From Nitrospirota bacterium (GTDB lineage Bacteria; Nitrospirota; JACRHJ01): a stretch of 44,930 nucleotides of DNA. The translations under genes were made by a program, and so were the position numbers. The stretch lies in assembly GCA_963733375.1 (NCBI GenBank), contig CAVTDB010000015.1, positions 1 to 44,930 of the forward strand, written 5' to 3'. The notes under the pieces are model-generated. The model made no database searches, was not told the DNA's origin, and saw only the letters and a program-made list of their open reading frames with translations. The first letter of the stretch is position 1. Each line of letters opens with the position of its first letter. Of this stretch, positions 1 to 10,186 are shown one piece after another.

Positions 1-108
1 AACCTTTTCAAGCCTTTGCGGCGTCATTTGCGGGCGACCTGCGGCTGCCGGCCGAGGAGGAGGGCCCCGCCAGAAAGCGACGTTGCCCCCGGCGGGCGCC
101 CCATGACT

Positions 109-366
109 TCAGGGACGCTTCAAAGAGGCGTCAAGCGCGCGTCCAGGACGCGTCCGGGAGCTCAAAACGGGCCGAAAACTGCTTCCATTCCCTTCCATTG
201 CTGGCAGCGAATCGCGCCTTATCAAAGGGTTATCAGCGACATTCGGGAAAAGATCTTTTTTGAGGCCCTTTCTGCCCTCGGCGCCGCGTTCTCCGCTCCG
301 ATCGATCGCGAGGGGCAATGAGCGGCGGAACGGGTTCGACGCAACCGGACACTCGGCCCTCTCCAT
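109..366 (-). CDS. small hypothetical ORF downstream of a LexA box (may be non-coding)
   Basis: ATG at 366 is in frame with ORF 109..396; no recognisable domain. Confidence 0.25.
   Translation of the reverse strand: MERAECPVASNPFRRSLPLAIDRSGERGAEGRKGLKKDLFPNVADNPLIRRDSLPAMEGNGSSFRPVLSSRTRPGRALDASLKRP
220..232 (+). promoter_or_regulatory. IHF consensus site
   Basis: TATCAAAGGGTTA is an exact match to WATCAANNNNTTR. Confidence 0.45.
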
Positions 367-379
367 CAGACGGCGGCAA

Positions 380-394
380 GAACAAACATAGAAC
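380..394 (-). promoter_or_regulatory. alphaproteobacterial LexA (SOS) box
   Basis: GAAC-AAACATA-GAAC equals GTTC-N7-GTTC on the minus strand; a minus-strand TTGACA lies at 410-415. Confidence 0.65.
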
Positions 395-593
395 ACATAT
401 GCGCAACCTTGTCAAGCAAATGTCGGTCTTTCTGCGCAACCGCAACTGGCGCCGCGGCCCCTGAGCAAACACGTTCGGCTTGCGACAGCCGGTCGAACGG
501 CGCAGACTCCGCCCGTCTCACGGCCAAAAGGCGAACGCCGGCGGGATATCAACCAGAAATAATCGTCACGAGAGAAATATGAGAGGGACGGAA

Positions 594-1025
594 ATGTCAG
601 CAGAAAGCGAAGTTCGAGCCGCGTCGGAGAAGTTCCATTCGGCGTTGAACGACATGGCCAAAGGGGACGCCGGTCCGATGGCGCAAGCGTGGTCGCACGG
701 CGCCACGGTAACGACCATGCACCCTCTCGGCGGTCGAGAAACCGGGTGGGATAAAGTCGGCCCGACCTGGAGGGAGGTGGCCAAGCTTGCTTCCGGCGGA
801 CAGATCAAGTTGACTGATCAACACATTCATGCGGCCGGAGACATGGCCTACGAAGTGGGCGTCGAAAAGGGCCACGTCACGATGGGAGGGCATAAGGTCG
901 ACATTGATCACCGTGTCACCAATGTGTATCATCGACACGATGGGGCGTGGAAAATTATCCACCACCACACCGATCTTTCTCCGGCGATGATCGAAGTTCT
1001 CGGCAAGTTGCAGGCCAAGAAATAG
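594..1025 (+). CDS. NTF2-like / SnoaL-like (DUF4440/YybH) protein
   Basis: MSAESEVRAASEKFHSALN...GDMAYEVG...RVTNVYHRHDGAWKIIHHHTD; GAGGGA RBS before ATG 594. Confidence 0.85.
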   Translation: MSAESEVRAASEKFHSALNDMAKGDAGPMAQAWSHGATVTTMHPLGGRETGWDKVGPTWREVAKLASGGQIKLTDQHIHAAGDMAYEVGVEKGHVTMGGHKVDIDHRVTNVYHRHDGAWKIIHHHTDLSPAMIEVLGKLQAKK

Positions 1026-1115
1026 GAACGGTTGCCTCGCGGCATGGCCGTCGAGCGCTTAGCCAGGCGGTCAGCGATGAGCGCGGGCCCGCGACCGCTT
1101 GCTTGCGGGCGGCGG

Positions 1116-2901
1116 TCATGGCTCCGGCAGCCCCGCCTTGCGCAGGCCCTCGACGAACCGCTCGAAATCCTCCGGGTTCTTGTAAGGCAGCACCTTGCGG
1201 CGCTGCTCGATGGAATAGTCCGGGTTGACGCGCATGAGTTCCCGCCACGCCTCGCGGGCCTCCTCGATGAGGCCCATCTGGCCGTAGCTGGCGGCGAGCA
1301 GCGCGCGCGAGGCGTCGGTTTCGGGGTTGCGCAGGATGCGCCGCTTCAGCACGCCGACGGCCTCGGGATACCGGCCCAACTGGTAGGCCGCCTGGGCCTG
1401 GAAATGCAGCACCATGTCAGGGCAATAGGGGTCCAGCGCCACCGCGCGCTCGAAGCATTTGACGGCCTCTTCGGACCGGCCGACATAGTGCAGGATGAAG
1501 CCGAGCGCATGTGCCCGTCGGCGAAGCTCGGATTGAACGCAATCACTTTCTCGGCCGCGCTCACCGCCTCGTCATGGCGGCGCGCCCAAAGACAGGCGCA
1601 GGCGAGCGCCCACAGCGCATAGGGGTAGCGCTCATCGAGTTGCACCGCCTGTCGCGCGGCCTTCTCGGCCTCCTCCAGGGCTTGCGCGGCGAGGCGCTCC
1701 ACCCGCTCGCGTAGTCGTTCACTTTCGCCGCGGCGAGGAAGGCGAAGGCGGGCGCGAAGCGGGGGTCGAGTTCGATGGCGCGCCGCAGCAGCGTCTCGGC
1801 TTCGCGGTTGGCCTCTCTTGCGTGCCGCCACCACAGCTCGCGCCCGCGCAGGAAGCAGTCGTAGGCTTCCGGATTGTCGGTGTGCTCGGCGGCGATGCTT
1901 TGCCGGTCGCCGGCGCTGAGATTGAGCGCCAGCGCCGAGACGATCTGGGTCGTCACGTCGTCCTGCACGGCGAAGATGTCGGTGAGCTCCCGGTCGAACC
2001 GCTCGGCCCACAGGTGCCCGCCGGTCGTCGCGTCGATGAGCTGCGCGGTGATCCTGACGCGGGCGCCGGATTTGCGCACGCTGCCCTCGAGGACATAGCG
2101 CACGCCGAGGCTCTTGCCGACCTCGCCGACGTGGACGTTCCTGCCCTTGAAGGTGAACGAGGAATTGCGGGCGATGACGAAGAGCTGCGGGAGCTTCGAC
2201 AGCGCGGTGATGATGTCTTCCGAGATGCCGTCGGCGAAATATTCCTGCTCGGCGTCGCCGCTCATGTTGGCGAAGGGCAGCACGGCGATCGACGGCTTGT
2301 CGGGCAAGGCGGGACGCGCGCGGCTTGTCCTCGGACTTGGCCTCGACCGGCGCGACCGGTTTCGCCTGAGCCGGCGGTCCGACCTGCAGCGAATAGACCC
2401 GCACCGGCTCGGCGATGTTCTTGAGCTGGGTCGCGCCGAGATCGCTGACCGCCAGATCGAGCCGCGCCCTCACCTGCCGATAGGCGTCTTCCGACAGACA
2501 GATCGCGCCGGGCTCGGCGACGCCTTCCAGCCGCGCGGCGATATTGACGCCGTCGCCCATCAGGTCGCCGTCGCTCTCCTCGACCACGTCGCCGAGATGA
2601 ACGCCGATGCGGAACTCGATGCGCCGGTCCTCCGGCACGCCGGCGTTGCGCTCGACCATGGCGTTCTGCAATCTCGATCGGCGCAGCGCACCGCGTCGAC
2701 CACGCTGCGGAATTCGACGAGCGCCCCGTCGCCGGTGCGCTTGACCACGCGGCCGTTATGCACGGCGATCGTCGGGTCGATGAGGTCGCTGCGCAGCGCC
2801 CGCAGCCGCGCCAGGGTGCGGTCCTCGTCGGCGCCGGCGAGCCGGCTGAAGCCGACGACGTCGGCGGCGAGGATCGCGGCGAGTTTCCGGGTTTCGCTCA
2901 T
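1116..2901 (-). CDS. class III adenylate/guanylate cyclase with TolB-like N-terminal and TPR domains (several frameshifts)
   Basis: RKLAAILAADVVGFSRL, TGDG, FRIGVHLGD, GDGVNIAARLE, KPSIAVLPFANMSGD and TPR C-terminus are spread over ORFs 2560..2925, 1346..2671, 1561..2307 and 1116..1442. Confidence 0.9.
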
Positions 2902-2974
2902 GAGCGCGACTCTGCAGGCGCGCACCGTAGCACAAAGGCCCCGAGGAAAAAGCGCACCTGATGCGACGCTGTCG

Positions 2975-4766
2975 CTAAGCCTGGATGCCCGCCTTGCTGA
3001 GCCCCTCGCGCAGCCGATCTACATCGGCCTGGTTGCTGAAAGGCAGCCTGCCAACGTGTTCGGCAAAGGAGTATTTCGGATTGATCTCCATCAGTTCGCG
3101 CCAGACCCGCTTGGCTTCCTCCGCCTCGCCCAGATGGCCGAGCGCGACGGCGAGAAAGGCGCGCGAGAGGTCGGTCTTGGGGCAGAGCCGGATGCGTTCC
3201 CTGAACGCGCCGCGGCGGCTTCGTACTCTGCCGGCGACCAGATAGGCCGAACCGAGAAAGTGGACGTATAGCTGCCGCACAGCCGGATCGAGCCGAATGG
3301 CCTGCTCGATATGCGGAACGGCGGCGAGCGGCTGGCCGCTATAGATGTAGACGAGGCCGCGCGAATTGTGCGCGAGAGCATAGTTCGGATTGAGGTTGAG
3401 CGCCACGTCCGCTTCGGCCGCGGATCGGTCGAGATCCTTCTTCCAAAAGTAGAAGACCGAGGCGACGTAATGCACGAAGGCGACCTGCGGACTCTTCTGC
3501 AGGGCCAAGTCGAGATAGCGCTCGGCCTTTTCGAGCGACTGGCGCCAGTCATCCGTCCAATGATACTGCCAGTTCAAATTCTGCCACATCGCGAGGCCGG
3601 CGTAGGGCTCGCCATAGCCCGGATCCTCGGCGATCGCCTGTTCGAACAGGTCGGTCGACCTCTCGAACGTCTCCCGGTTCCTGGTCGTCCCGAAGCAGCA
3701 CTTCGCGCCCGAGCAGGAAAAGGTCGTGCGCCTTGCTGTTGGTCGTCTTGACGGCATCGAGCATCGCGGCTTCGCCCGGGCTCAGCTTGATCTTCAGGGC
3801 GTCGACAATCCGGCGGGTGACCTCGTCCTGAACCGCGAAGATGTCGGTCAAGTCCCGATCGAAGCGGTCGGCCCAAAGGTGTCCCCCGGTCTCCGCGTCG
3901 ATCAGCTGCGCGTTGATCCTGACCCGGCCGCCGGCGCGCCGGATGCTGCCTTCGAGAATCGTGCGGACGCCGAGCTCGCGGGCGACGACGCGGATATCGA
4001 CCGCCTTGCCCTTGTAGGCGAAGCTCGAATTGCGCGCGATCACCAGAAGGCCGCCGATCCTGGAGAGGTCGGTGATCACGTCCTCGGTGATGCCGTCGGC
4101 GAAATATTCCTGCTCCGGGTCGCCGCTCATGTTCTGAAAGGCCAATACGGCGATCGAGGGCTTGTCGGGCGGTGGGGGACGCGCGGGGGGCTTCTCTTCG
4201 GACTTCGGCTCGACCGGCGCAGGCGGCTTCGCCTGGGCGGGCAGCCCGACCTGCAGCGAATAGATCCGCACCGGCTCGGCGATGTTCTTGAGCTGGGTCT
4301 GGCCGAGATCGCTGACCGAAAGGTCGAGCCGCGCTCTCACCTGCCGATAGGCGTGCTCGGACAGGCAGATCGCGCCGGGCTGCGCGACGCCTTCCAGCCG
4401 CGCCGCGATATTGACGCCGTCGCCCATCAGGTCGCCGTCGGCCTCCTCGACGACGTCGCCCAGATGGATGCCGATGCGAAACTCGATGCGCCGGTCCTCC
4501 GACACGCCCGCGTTGCGCTCGACCATGGCGTTCTGCACCTCGATCGCGCAACGCACGGCGTCGACCACGCTGCGGAATTCGACGAGCGCCCCGTCGCCGG
4601 TGCGCTTGACGACGCGGCCGTGATGCACCGCGATCGTCGGGTCGATCAGGTCGCTGCGCAGCGCCCTCAGCCGCGCCAGCATGCGCTCCTCGTCCGCGCC
4701 GGTCAGCCGGCTGAAGCCGACGACGTCGGCGGCGAGGATCGCGGCGAGTTTCCGGGTCTCGTTCAT
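2975..4766 (-). CDS. paralogous class III adenylate/guanylate cyclase-TolB-TPR protein (frameshifted)
   Basis: MNETRKLAAILAADVVGFSRL...GDGVNIAARLE...KPSIAVLAFQNMSGDPEQEYFADG; TPR part is in ORF 2975..3757. Confidence 0.9.
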
Positions 4767-4930
4767 AGCGCGCCTCTGCGGCTTACAGAGTAGCACAAAG
4801 ACAGCCACTGCCGGCGGGCCATTGGGTACAAATGTCGCAGGCGCCGCTGGCGTCGCCGGACGGCGCCCCCAATCCGGCGGATGTCTGTTAGACTGGGCGC
4901 GCGCGCCCACATCAGAGCGACGGCCTTCGG

Positions 4931-6028
4931 ATGTCGTTTCCCCAGCTGCCGAGCCGGCTCCGGCTCATTCTCTGGCTCACCATGATCAGCGCGACGATCG
5001 GCGCAGCCTACTCTCAGCTCCATGTCGTGCAGAACCGCGAACCGTTCTTCGCCGCCTATGGCATGCCGCGCGGCGCCATGGTCGGCCTGCTGATCGGGGG
5101 TCTTCTGAGCTCGTTCGAAATCTTCATCCTGCAGTGCCCGGTCGGGACGCCGCTTCGCCGCGCGCCGTTTGCGGTGCATGTGGCGGTCAAGACGCTGATC
5201 TATCTTATCGTGATCCTGTTCGCTCTTTCGCTCGGGGCGTGGATGTTTCCGGCGCCAGACCAGCACGTCATTGAGGGCGGGGACGTGCTGTTCTCGCTCG
5301 CGGCCTCGTTCGTCTTCGTCTTCATGCTCGACGTGAACCAGCTTCTCGGCCAGAACGTGCTGCTCAACTTTGTCACCGGCCGCTATCACAAGCCGCGGCT
5401 GGAGGAGCGGGTCCTTCTGTTCCTCGACATGGAGGGCTCGACCGGATTGGCCGAGCGGCTCGGCCCGCTCGCCTTCCACCGCCTGCTCAATCGTTTCGTA
5501 ACCGATCTCACCGAGCCGATCGCGGCGGCGCACGGCGAAATCTACAGCTATGTCGGCGATGAAGTGATCGCGACCTGGAGGCTCGAGCAGGGAATCGCCG
5601 AGGCCCGCTGCGTCACGGCCTGTTTCGACGCGATTGACGAACTCGCGCGACGGGCGCCCGAATACCGGCGCGAATTCGGCGCCGCGGTCGAGTTCCGCGC
5701 CGGGTTGCATTGCGGTCCCGTGGTGACCGGCGAGATGGGGTCGGTGAAGAAGGAGATCGTCTTTCTCGGCGACACCGTCAATACCGCGGCCCGCATCCAG
5801 GAATTCTGCCGGCAGACCGGCGATCGCGTCCTCGCCTCGGCGGACCTGATCGATCGCCTCGAATTGCCGCCCGGCGTCGCCAAACGCTCGCTCGGCGACC
5901 TCCGGCTGCGCGGCAAGGGCGCGGACATGGCGCTCTACGCGCTGACCAAGGCGCGCAAAGAGCGCGTCGAGCCGAGGTTACCGTCAGCCGCGAAATGGGA
6001 CGCGTCTAGCATCTCCCGACCGCATTGA
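4931..6028 (+). CDS. membrane-anchored class III adenylate/guanylate cyclase
   Basis: About four hydrophobic helices, then LLFLDMEGST, YVGDE, FRAGLHCG, GDTVNTAARI. Confidence 0.9.
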   Translation: MSFPQLPSRLRLILWLTMISATIGAAYSQLHVVQNREPFFAAYGMPRGAMVGLLIGGLLSSFEIFILQCPVGTPLRRAPFAVHVAVKTLIYLIVILFALSLGAWMFPAPDQHVIEGGDVLFSLAASFVFVFMLDVNQLLGQNVLLNFVTGRYHKPRLEERVLLFLDMEGSTGLAERLGPLAFHRLLNRFVTDLTEPIAAAHGEIYSYVGDEVIATWRLEQGIAEARCVTACFDAIDELARRAPEYRREFGAAVEFRAGLHCGPVVTGEMGSVKKEIVFLGDTVNTAARIQEFCRQTGDRVLASADLIDRLELPPGVAKRSLGDLRLRGKGADMALYALTKARKERVEPRLPSAAKWDASSISRPH

Positions 6029-6206
6029 ACCCGAGCGCGGAACAGCCTCCTCGCTGGCAGGGACGCCTGTAGAGGCAAGCGGCTCCGGACCCGACAGCTC
6101 TGCGATAGAGCCGCCGGCAGCCGCTTTCCGGCGCGACAATTGGCGCAGACGCGGCCCGGCGTACGTCTGCTAGACTGTACGAGCCCATCAGAGCGGCAGC
6201 ACTCCG

Positions 6207-6270
6207 ATGCCATTTTCCCAATTGCCGAGCAAACTCCGGCTCATCGCCTGGTTCACCATGATCTCCGCCG
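6207..6270 (+). pseudogene. truncated 5' end of a paralog of the 4931 cyclase, cut at a segment junction
   Basis: MPFSQLPSKLRLIAWFTMISA versus MSFPQLPSRLRLILWLTMISA; upstream TAGACTG...CATCAGAGCG is also shared. Confidence 0.75.
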
Positions 6271-6589
6271 CGGTGCCGGGCATGGAAAATATGCTCACCA
6301 CGTCGAACCGGCAGGGCGAATTGTATTTCTTCGTGCGGGTGAGGTACATGAAGGCGGCGCGCGCGAGCTGCCTCTGCTTCCTTGCGTCCACCGCCAGCTC
6401 CGGCGCTCCGAACTTCTTGTCCCGACGCGACTTCACTTCCACGAAGACGATAGTGTCCCCGTCGCTCGCGACGATGTCCAGCTCGCCCATCTTCGTCCGG
6501 TAGTTACGCTCCAGGATTTTGTATCCGAGTGTCTTAAGGTGCCGCTCCGCCGCGTCCTCGCCGCTTGCCCCGAATTCTTTAGCGTCCAT
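6261..6589 (-). CDS. yraN: YraN family (UPF0102) endonuclease-like protein, C-terminus lost at junction
   Basis: GEDAAERHL..GYKILERNYR...GELDIVA...VFVEVKSR...RFDVVSI. Confidence 0.85.
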
Positions 6590-6631
6590 CACGCCATTAT
6601 CCTAAATAACGCCGCAGGTTGTCAAGGAATT

Positions 6632-6735
6632 CTACTTTCTTTTCAGGTGAAAAGAAAGTAGCAAAGAAAAGCCGGGTTTTAAGCCCAGCTTTCTTTTGGT
6701 TACTTTTCTTTCCCGAAAGAAAAGTAACAAGGTTT
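6632..6735. repeat. double-hairpin intergenic element, copy 1 (two right-type arms)
   Basis: CTACTTTCTTTTC-AGGT-GAAAAGAAAGTAG and GTTACTTTTCTTTC-CC-GAAAGAAAAGTAAC. Confidence 0.85.
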
Positions 6736-7342
6736 ATAACAGCGGTTTCACCTGCCGGGCGATTAACGCGATTGCCTTTTCCAGCAATTTTTTATTATCA
6801 CCCATATACTGCCACGTGCTGCGGCCGGACGGGTGCGGGAGCGCGATTACCAGCGTCTCGAAGCTGTGATAGCGGCGCGGGATTGCCCTGCCCACGATGT
6901 CCGCAAGCTTCGCCGGGCCGAGCAGGCGCTCTATTGCGAGCTTCCCGATTGCCAGAATGACCTTCGGCTGGACGATGCGGAGTTCCGAAACAAGATACGC
7001 CGCGCAGTTATGTATTTCGATATCCCCGGGCGTCTCGCGGCGTCCGTTTCTGTCCGGGGCGGGATAGCACTTGGTGACGGCGGTCATGTACGCATTCGCG
7101 CGGAAGTTTTCTACGGCGACACCGGCACGCGCCAGCCACGTGAATAATGTCTTACCCGCCGTCCCCGCGAATGGCCTTCCTTCCCGGCACTCGATAAGCC
7201 CCGGCGACTGCCCGACGCTCATGACTTTAGCGCCAAATTTCCCGGATACGATCGGGTACGCGGGCGGCGGGATGTTGCACATCGTGCACGGGCGGATAAG
7301 CGATAGGAGGCGGGAGAATTCGGCTTCGCGGTTCTCAATCAT
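6734..7342 (-). CDS. uracil-DNA glycosylase superfamily protein
   Basis: VGQSPG..E...GRPFAGTAG, TKCYP, LPHPSG. Confidence 0.85.
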   Translation of the reverse strand: MIENREAEFSRLLSLIRPCTMCNIPPPAYPIVSGKFGAKVMSVGQSPGLIECREGRPFAGTAGKTLFTWLARAGVAVENFRANAYMTAVTKCYPAPDRNGRRETPGDIEIHNCAAYLVSELRIVQPKVILAIGKLAIERLLGPAKLADIVGRAIPRRYHSFETLVIALPHPSGRSTWQYMGDNKKLLEKAIALIARQVKPLL

Positions 7343-7438
7343 AAGATATTTGAAAGTATGATGCAGATAAAAAATGGCATCAATGCGGCGAAATATTTTT
7401 TCACCCGCTCCTCCGACCCCGGGCCTATCCGGCTTCAG

Positions 7439-8338
7439 CTATTTTATAAACGTCCCATTCTCGAACTCCTCGAATGCGACCCGCAGTTCTTCGCGCGTGT
7501 TCATCACGATGGGGCCGTACCATGCGACGGGCTCGCCGATTGGCTTGCCGGATATCAGCAGGAACCGGACCGGGCTCTCTTGCGTGGTAATCGCCACCTC
7601 GTCCCCGTCCCCGTAAAGCACGAGGTCTTTCGCGGCGCACTTGCACTTCTGCTTGAAGTCGAAATAATTTTCCCCTACCACCTCGTGGGCGTAGGCGCTG
7701 CGCTCCGGGTCGAAATATCCCTCCCCCTCAACTATATAGGCGAAGACCTTGTACCCGGGCTTGAAGCCGCGCGTGAAGGTCGTCCCCGTGGGTATGGTAA
7801 CGTCCAGGTATTCAGGGTCCACGACGACATCCGTAACCGGCCCCGACACGTCGCCGACATGTCCGCAGATTATCTTTATCTTTACATTATCCTGGGTGAT
7901 TACCTCCGGGATGTCTTTGGCTGAAATTCCACGGTAGCGGGGCGCCATCATCTTCTTAGACGCGGGCAGGTTCGCCCATAACTGGAACCCCCACATGACG
8001 CCCGCCGCGTCCCCCTTCGGCATCTCCTGGTGGATGATCCCGCTACCCGCCGTCATCCACTGCACGTCGCCGGGGTGGATGACACCACTGTTCCCCATGC
8101 TGTCCCCGTGCTCCACCCTGCCGTTATACATATATGTAATCGTCTCGATGCCCCGGTGCGGATGCCAGGGGAAGCCCGGCAGGTACTCCTCGGGAGTAGC
8201 CGATTGAAAATCGTCCAGCAGCAGGAACGGGTCGAGCTGAGGCGCCTCGTTATTCCCGAACGCGCGCCTTAAGTGCACCCCCGCCCCCTCGATCGTCGGC
8301 CTGCTCACCCATACCTGTTTTATTTTTCGTATTTTCAT
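7439..8338 (-). CDS. pirin family protein
   Basis: EGAGV, LDPFLLLDDF, GFPWHPHRGIETITY, VQWMTAGSGIIHQEMP, GPIVMNT. Confidence 0.95.
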   Translation of the reverse strand: MKIRKIKQVWVSRPTIEGAGVHLRRAFGNNEAPQLDPFLLLDDFQSATPEEYLPGFPWHPHRGIETITYMYNGRVEHGDSMGNSGVIHPGDVQWMTAGSGIIHQEMPKGDAAGVMWGFQLWANLPASKKMMAPRYRGISAKDIPEVITQDNVKIKIICGHVGDVSGPVTDVVVDPEYLDVTIPTGTTFTRGFKPGYKVFAYIVEGEGYFDPERSAYAHEVVGENYFDFKQKCKCAAKDLVLYGDGDEVAITTQESPVRFLLISGKPIGEPVAWYGPIVMNTREELRVAFEEFENGTFIK

Positions 8339-8455
8339 AGTGGTCTCCCATGTCAGCCCGTTTTGACCCGAACACCTGATATTTAAATTTAACAGGTTTT
8401 TTTGGAAAACGCTTAAGGCTGGTCTGCTGCACGCCCCGGAGGCCGAATGAGGGTG

Positions 8456-8489
8456 TGAGACGGAGGTGGTGCGAATTTCACTCGTCTCA
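8456..8489. terminator. bulged hairpin at the end of the AT-rich island
   Basis: TGAGACG(G)AG(G)TG-10 nt loop-CACTCGTCTCA, 1 nt after the stop of 8491..8700. Confidence 0.4.
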
Positions 8490-8490
8490 T

Positions 8491-8700
8491 TTATTGGTCT
8501 GAGCACCATTCAATGGTATATTTTGTAGGAATTTCTTCAAAAGATGCTTCGGCCCTATGTATTTCACTACGAGAATACTGGCCCGGTTTCTTCTTTGCCG
8601 TTGGAGGAACTCGAATGAATCCTTTATCACGCAAGAGTCGTTCTTTGGCATCCGCTTCGGACTTATTTTTAAATAATTTTGACTCTATATGTATTGCCAT
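8491..8700 (-). CDS. hypothetical protein (AT-rich island)
   Basis: 69-aa ORF with GAGG RBS; no recognised domain. Confidence 0.55.
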   Translation of the reverse strand: MAIHIESKLFKNKSEADAKERLLRDKGFIRVPPTAKKKPGQYSRSEIHRAEASFEEIPTKYTIEWCSDQ

Positions 8701-8749
8701 GAATGTATCCTCTCTTTATATTTTAGTTGTCTATCGGCCACACAAACTT

Positions 8750-9760
8750 CTAACTTTCCTTTAATAATACTTCTAATTGTAAGATATTGAAATCTTTTAA
8801 AATATTTATTTTGATAAGCCCGTCAATTAGAGCATGTTTTGGTGTCCCAATAATGTTTAATATATTTTTTGACACCTCATGTATAAGAGTTCCCTTATGT
8901 ATAAGAGTTCCCTTTTCATTTAGACTATCTTCGGGATAAAAAGGAAGCGGGGCATAAGCCTCCAGACACTTATTTAAATCAGAAATAAAGGCATCTTTTA
9001 TCGAATAAGCATTTTTCTCGTAATGCCCTAGTAAAGCAAGGGAAATAAATTCTTCATGCAAAGCATCCATAAAAATGTCTCTTTTTTTCTTACCAAGCAC
9101 TGAAAAAGCACACCTATCTATATAACCTAAATATAAGGCCGCAATTTCAACAAATAATGCGCTTAAACTTATAGGCTCTCCTTTTATAATATTACTTTCC
9201 TTATTTTTAGACGTAATTGCCATATCAGAAAATAATTCTACACGGCGGCCAATCCAATCACTGAGAATTGCACCCAATGCCCCTGCTTTTAATTTTAGAA
9301 TATGTTCATCATTTGGTTTTCCTTGAAAATGAAAACTTAACCAAATCCTGGCCATCGCCTCCTCCCTAATTGCTTCGCCCAAGGTATTATCCATAATTAG
9401 CTCACAATCTCTCTCTAGCTCAAAGTCACTCTCTGCCTGATAAGTTGTACTCTGAAGCGGCCACGTTTGCCATTTTTCTCGTGGAAATTTAGCCACTAAT
9501 TCTTCGGTTTCAAAATGTTGTTTTTTGGCTTCTTCAAACGTTTGAAAAATGCTGACCTTTAAAGGTTCATCAGTATTTACAGATCCATACAAGAACGGAA
9601 TCTCAAAGGAAACTCGAAAAACAGCGAGTTGCCAACCTCCGCGCGGGTCCTTAGCTGTTGAAACGATATATTTTTTGCCGTCAATGAGGTTGGTAACCTT
9701 TGTAGAAATACCTTGGTCGTTGTTGGTGTAGGTTCTCTTCATTTTATCATTTCCTCCCAT
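8750..9760 (-). CDS. hypothetical protein (AT-rich island)
   Basis: 336-aa open frame in AT-rich DNA; contains an in-frame 18-bp tandem duplication (KGTLIH x2, 8879-8914). Confidence 0.7.
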   Translation of the reverse strand: MGGNDKMKRTYTNNDQGISTKVTNLIDGKKYIVSTAKDPRGGWQLAVFRVSFEIPFLYGSVNTDEPLKVSIFQTFEEAKKQHFETEELVAKFPREKWQTWPLQSTTYQAESDFELERDCELIMDNTLGEAIREEAMARIWLSFHFQGKPNDEHILKLKAGALGAILSDWIGRRVELFSDMAITSKNKESNIIKGEPISLSALFVEIAALYLGYIDRCAFSVLGKKKRDIFMDALHEEFISLALLGHYEKNAYSIKDAFISDLNKCLEAYAPLPFYPEDSLNEKGTLIHKGTLIHEVSKNILNIIGTPKHALIDGLIKINILKDFNILQLEVLLKES

Positions 9761-9836
9761 AATGGGCCAATCCTTTTGGGTATTGCCTAGCTCATGATTA
9801 AAAATATCATTTAGTATATAAAAAATCTACTTAATT

Positions 9837-10105
9837 GCTCTTAATAGCTCTTCCTGCTTAACCGTACTAAACCATCATCGGTTCACATTTAATTAAAAAA
9901 ATAAAAAAAATCAACAAATTTTCTCCGGTATCGAATTCAGCACATCTCCACGCTCAGCACAATGCATTTTGGGGGGTCTGGGGCCGGTTTTTAAGACGCG
10001 AGTTTTTTGGGTAATGCTAGGGATTTTCACTGTATTTTCATTAGATTACGCCCATATTGCGGCAGATTCCTAAAGTTTGTTTCGCCTTTTGCAAGTCATT
10101 GAAAA
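9837..10105 (-). repeat. ~270-bp six-block element, copy A
   Basis: Six colinear blocks are shared with 27997-28277 in inverted orientation (23/25, 14/18, 30/34, 16/17, 16/18, 16/18 identities). Confidence 0.85.
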
Positions 10106-10186
10106 GTAAGGAATAATTTTAGCGAAAAAATGCGAAAAATGGCCGGATTTCCACTTTTAGGGGAAATTCCGCCAAATTATTGACGC

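Noticed and set aside
1032-5928. Long antisense ORFs over the cyclase genes
   Set aside because: Shadow ORFs expected from high-GC codon bias; no independent motifs
9837-10180. CRISPR array next to the leader-like elements
   Set aside because: No regularly spaced direct repeats and no cas genes were found at either copy or elsewhere in the window
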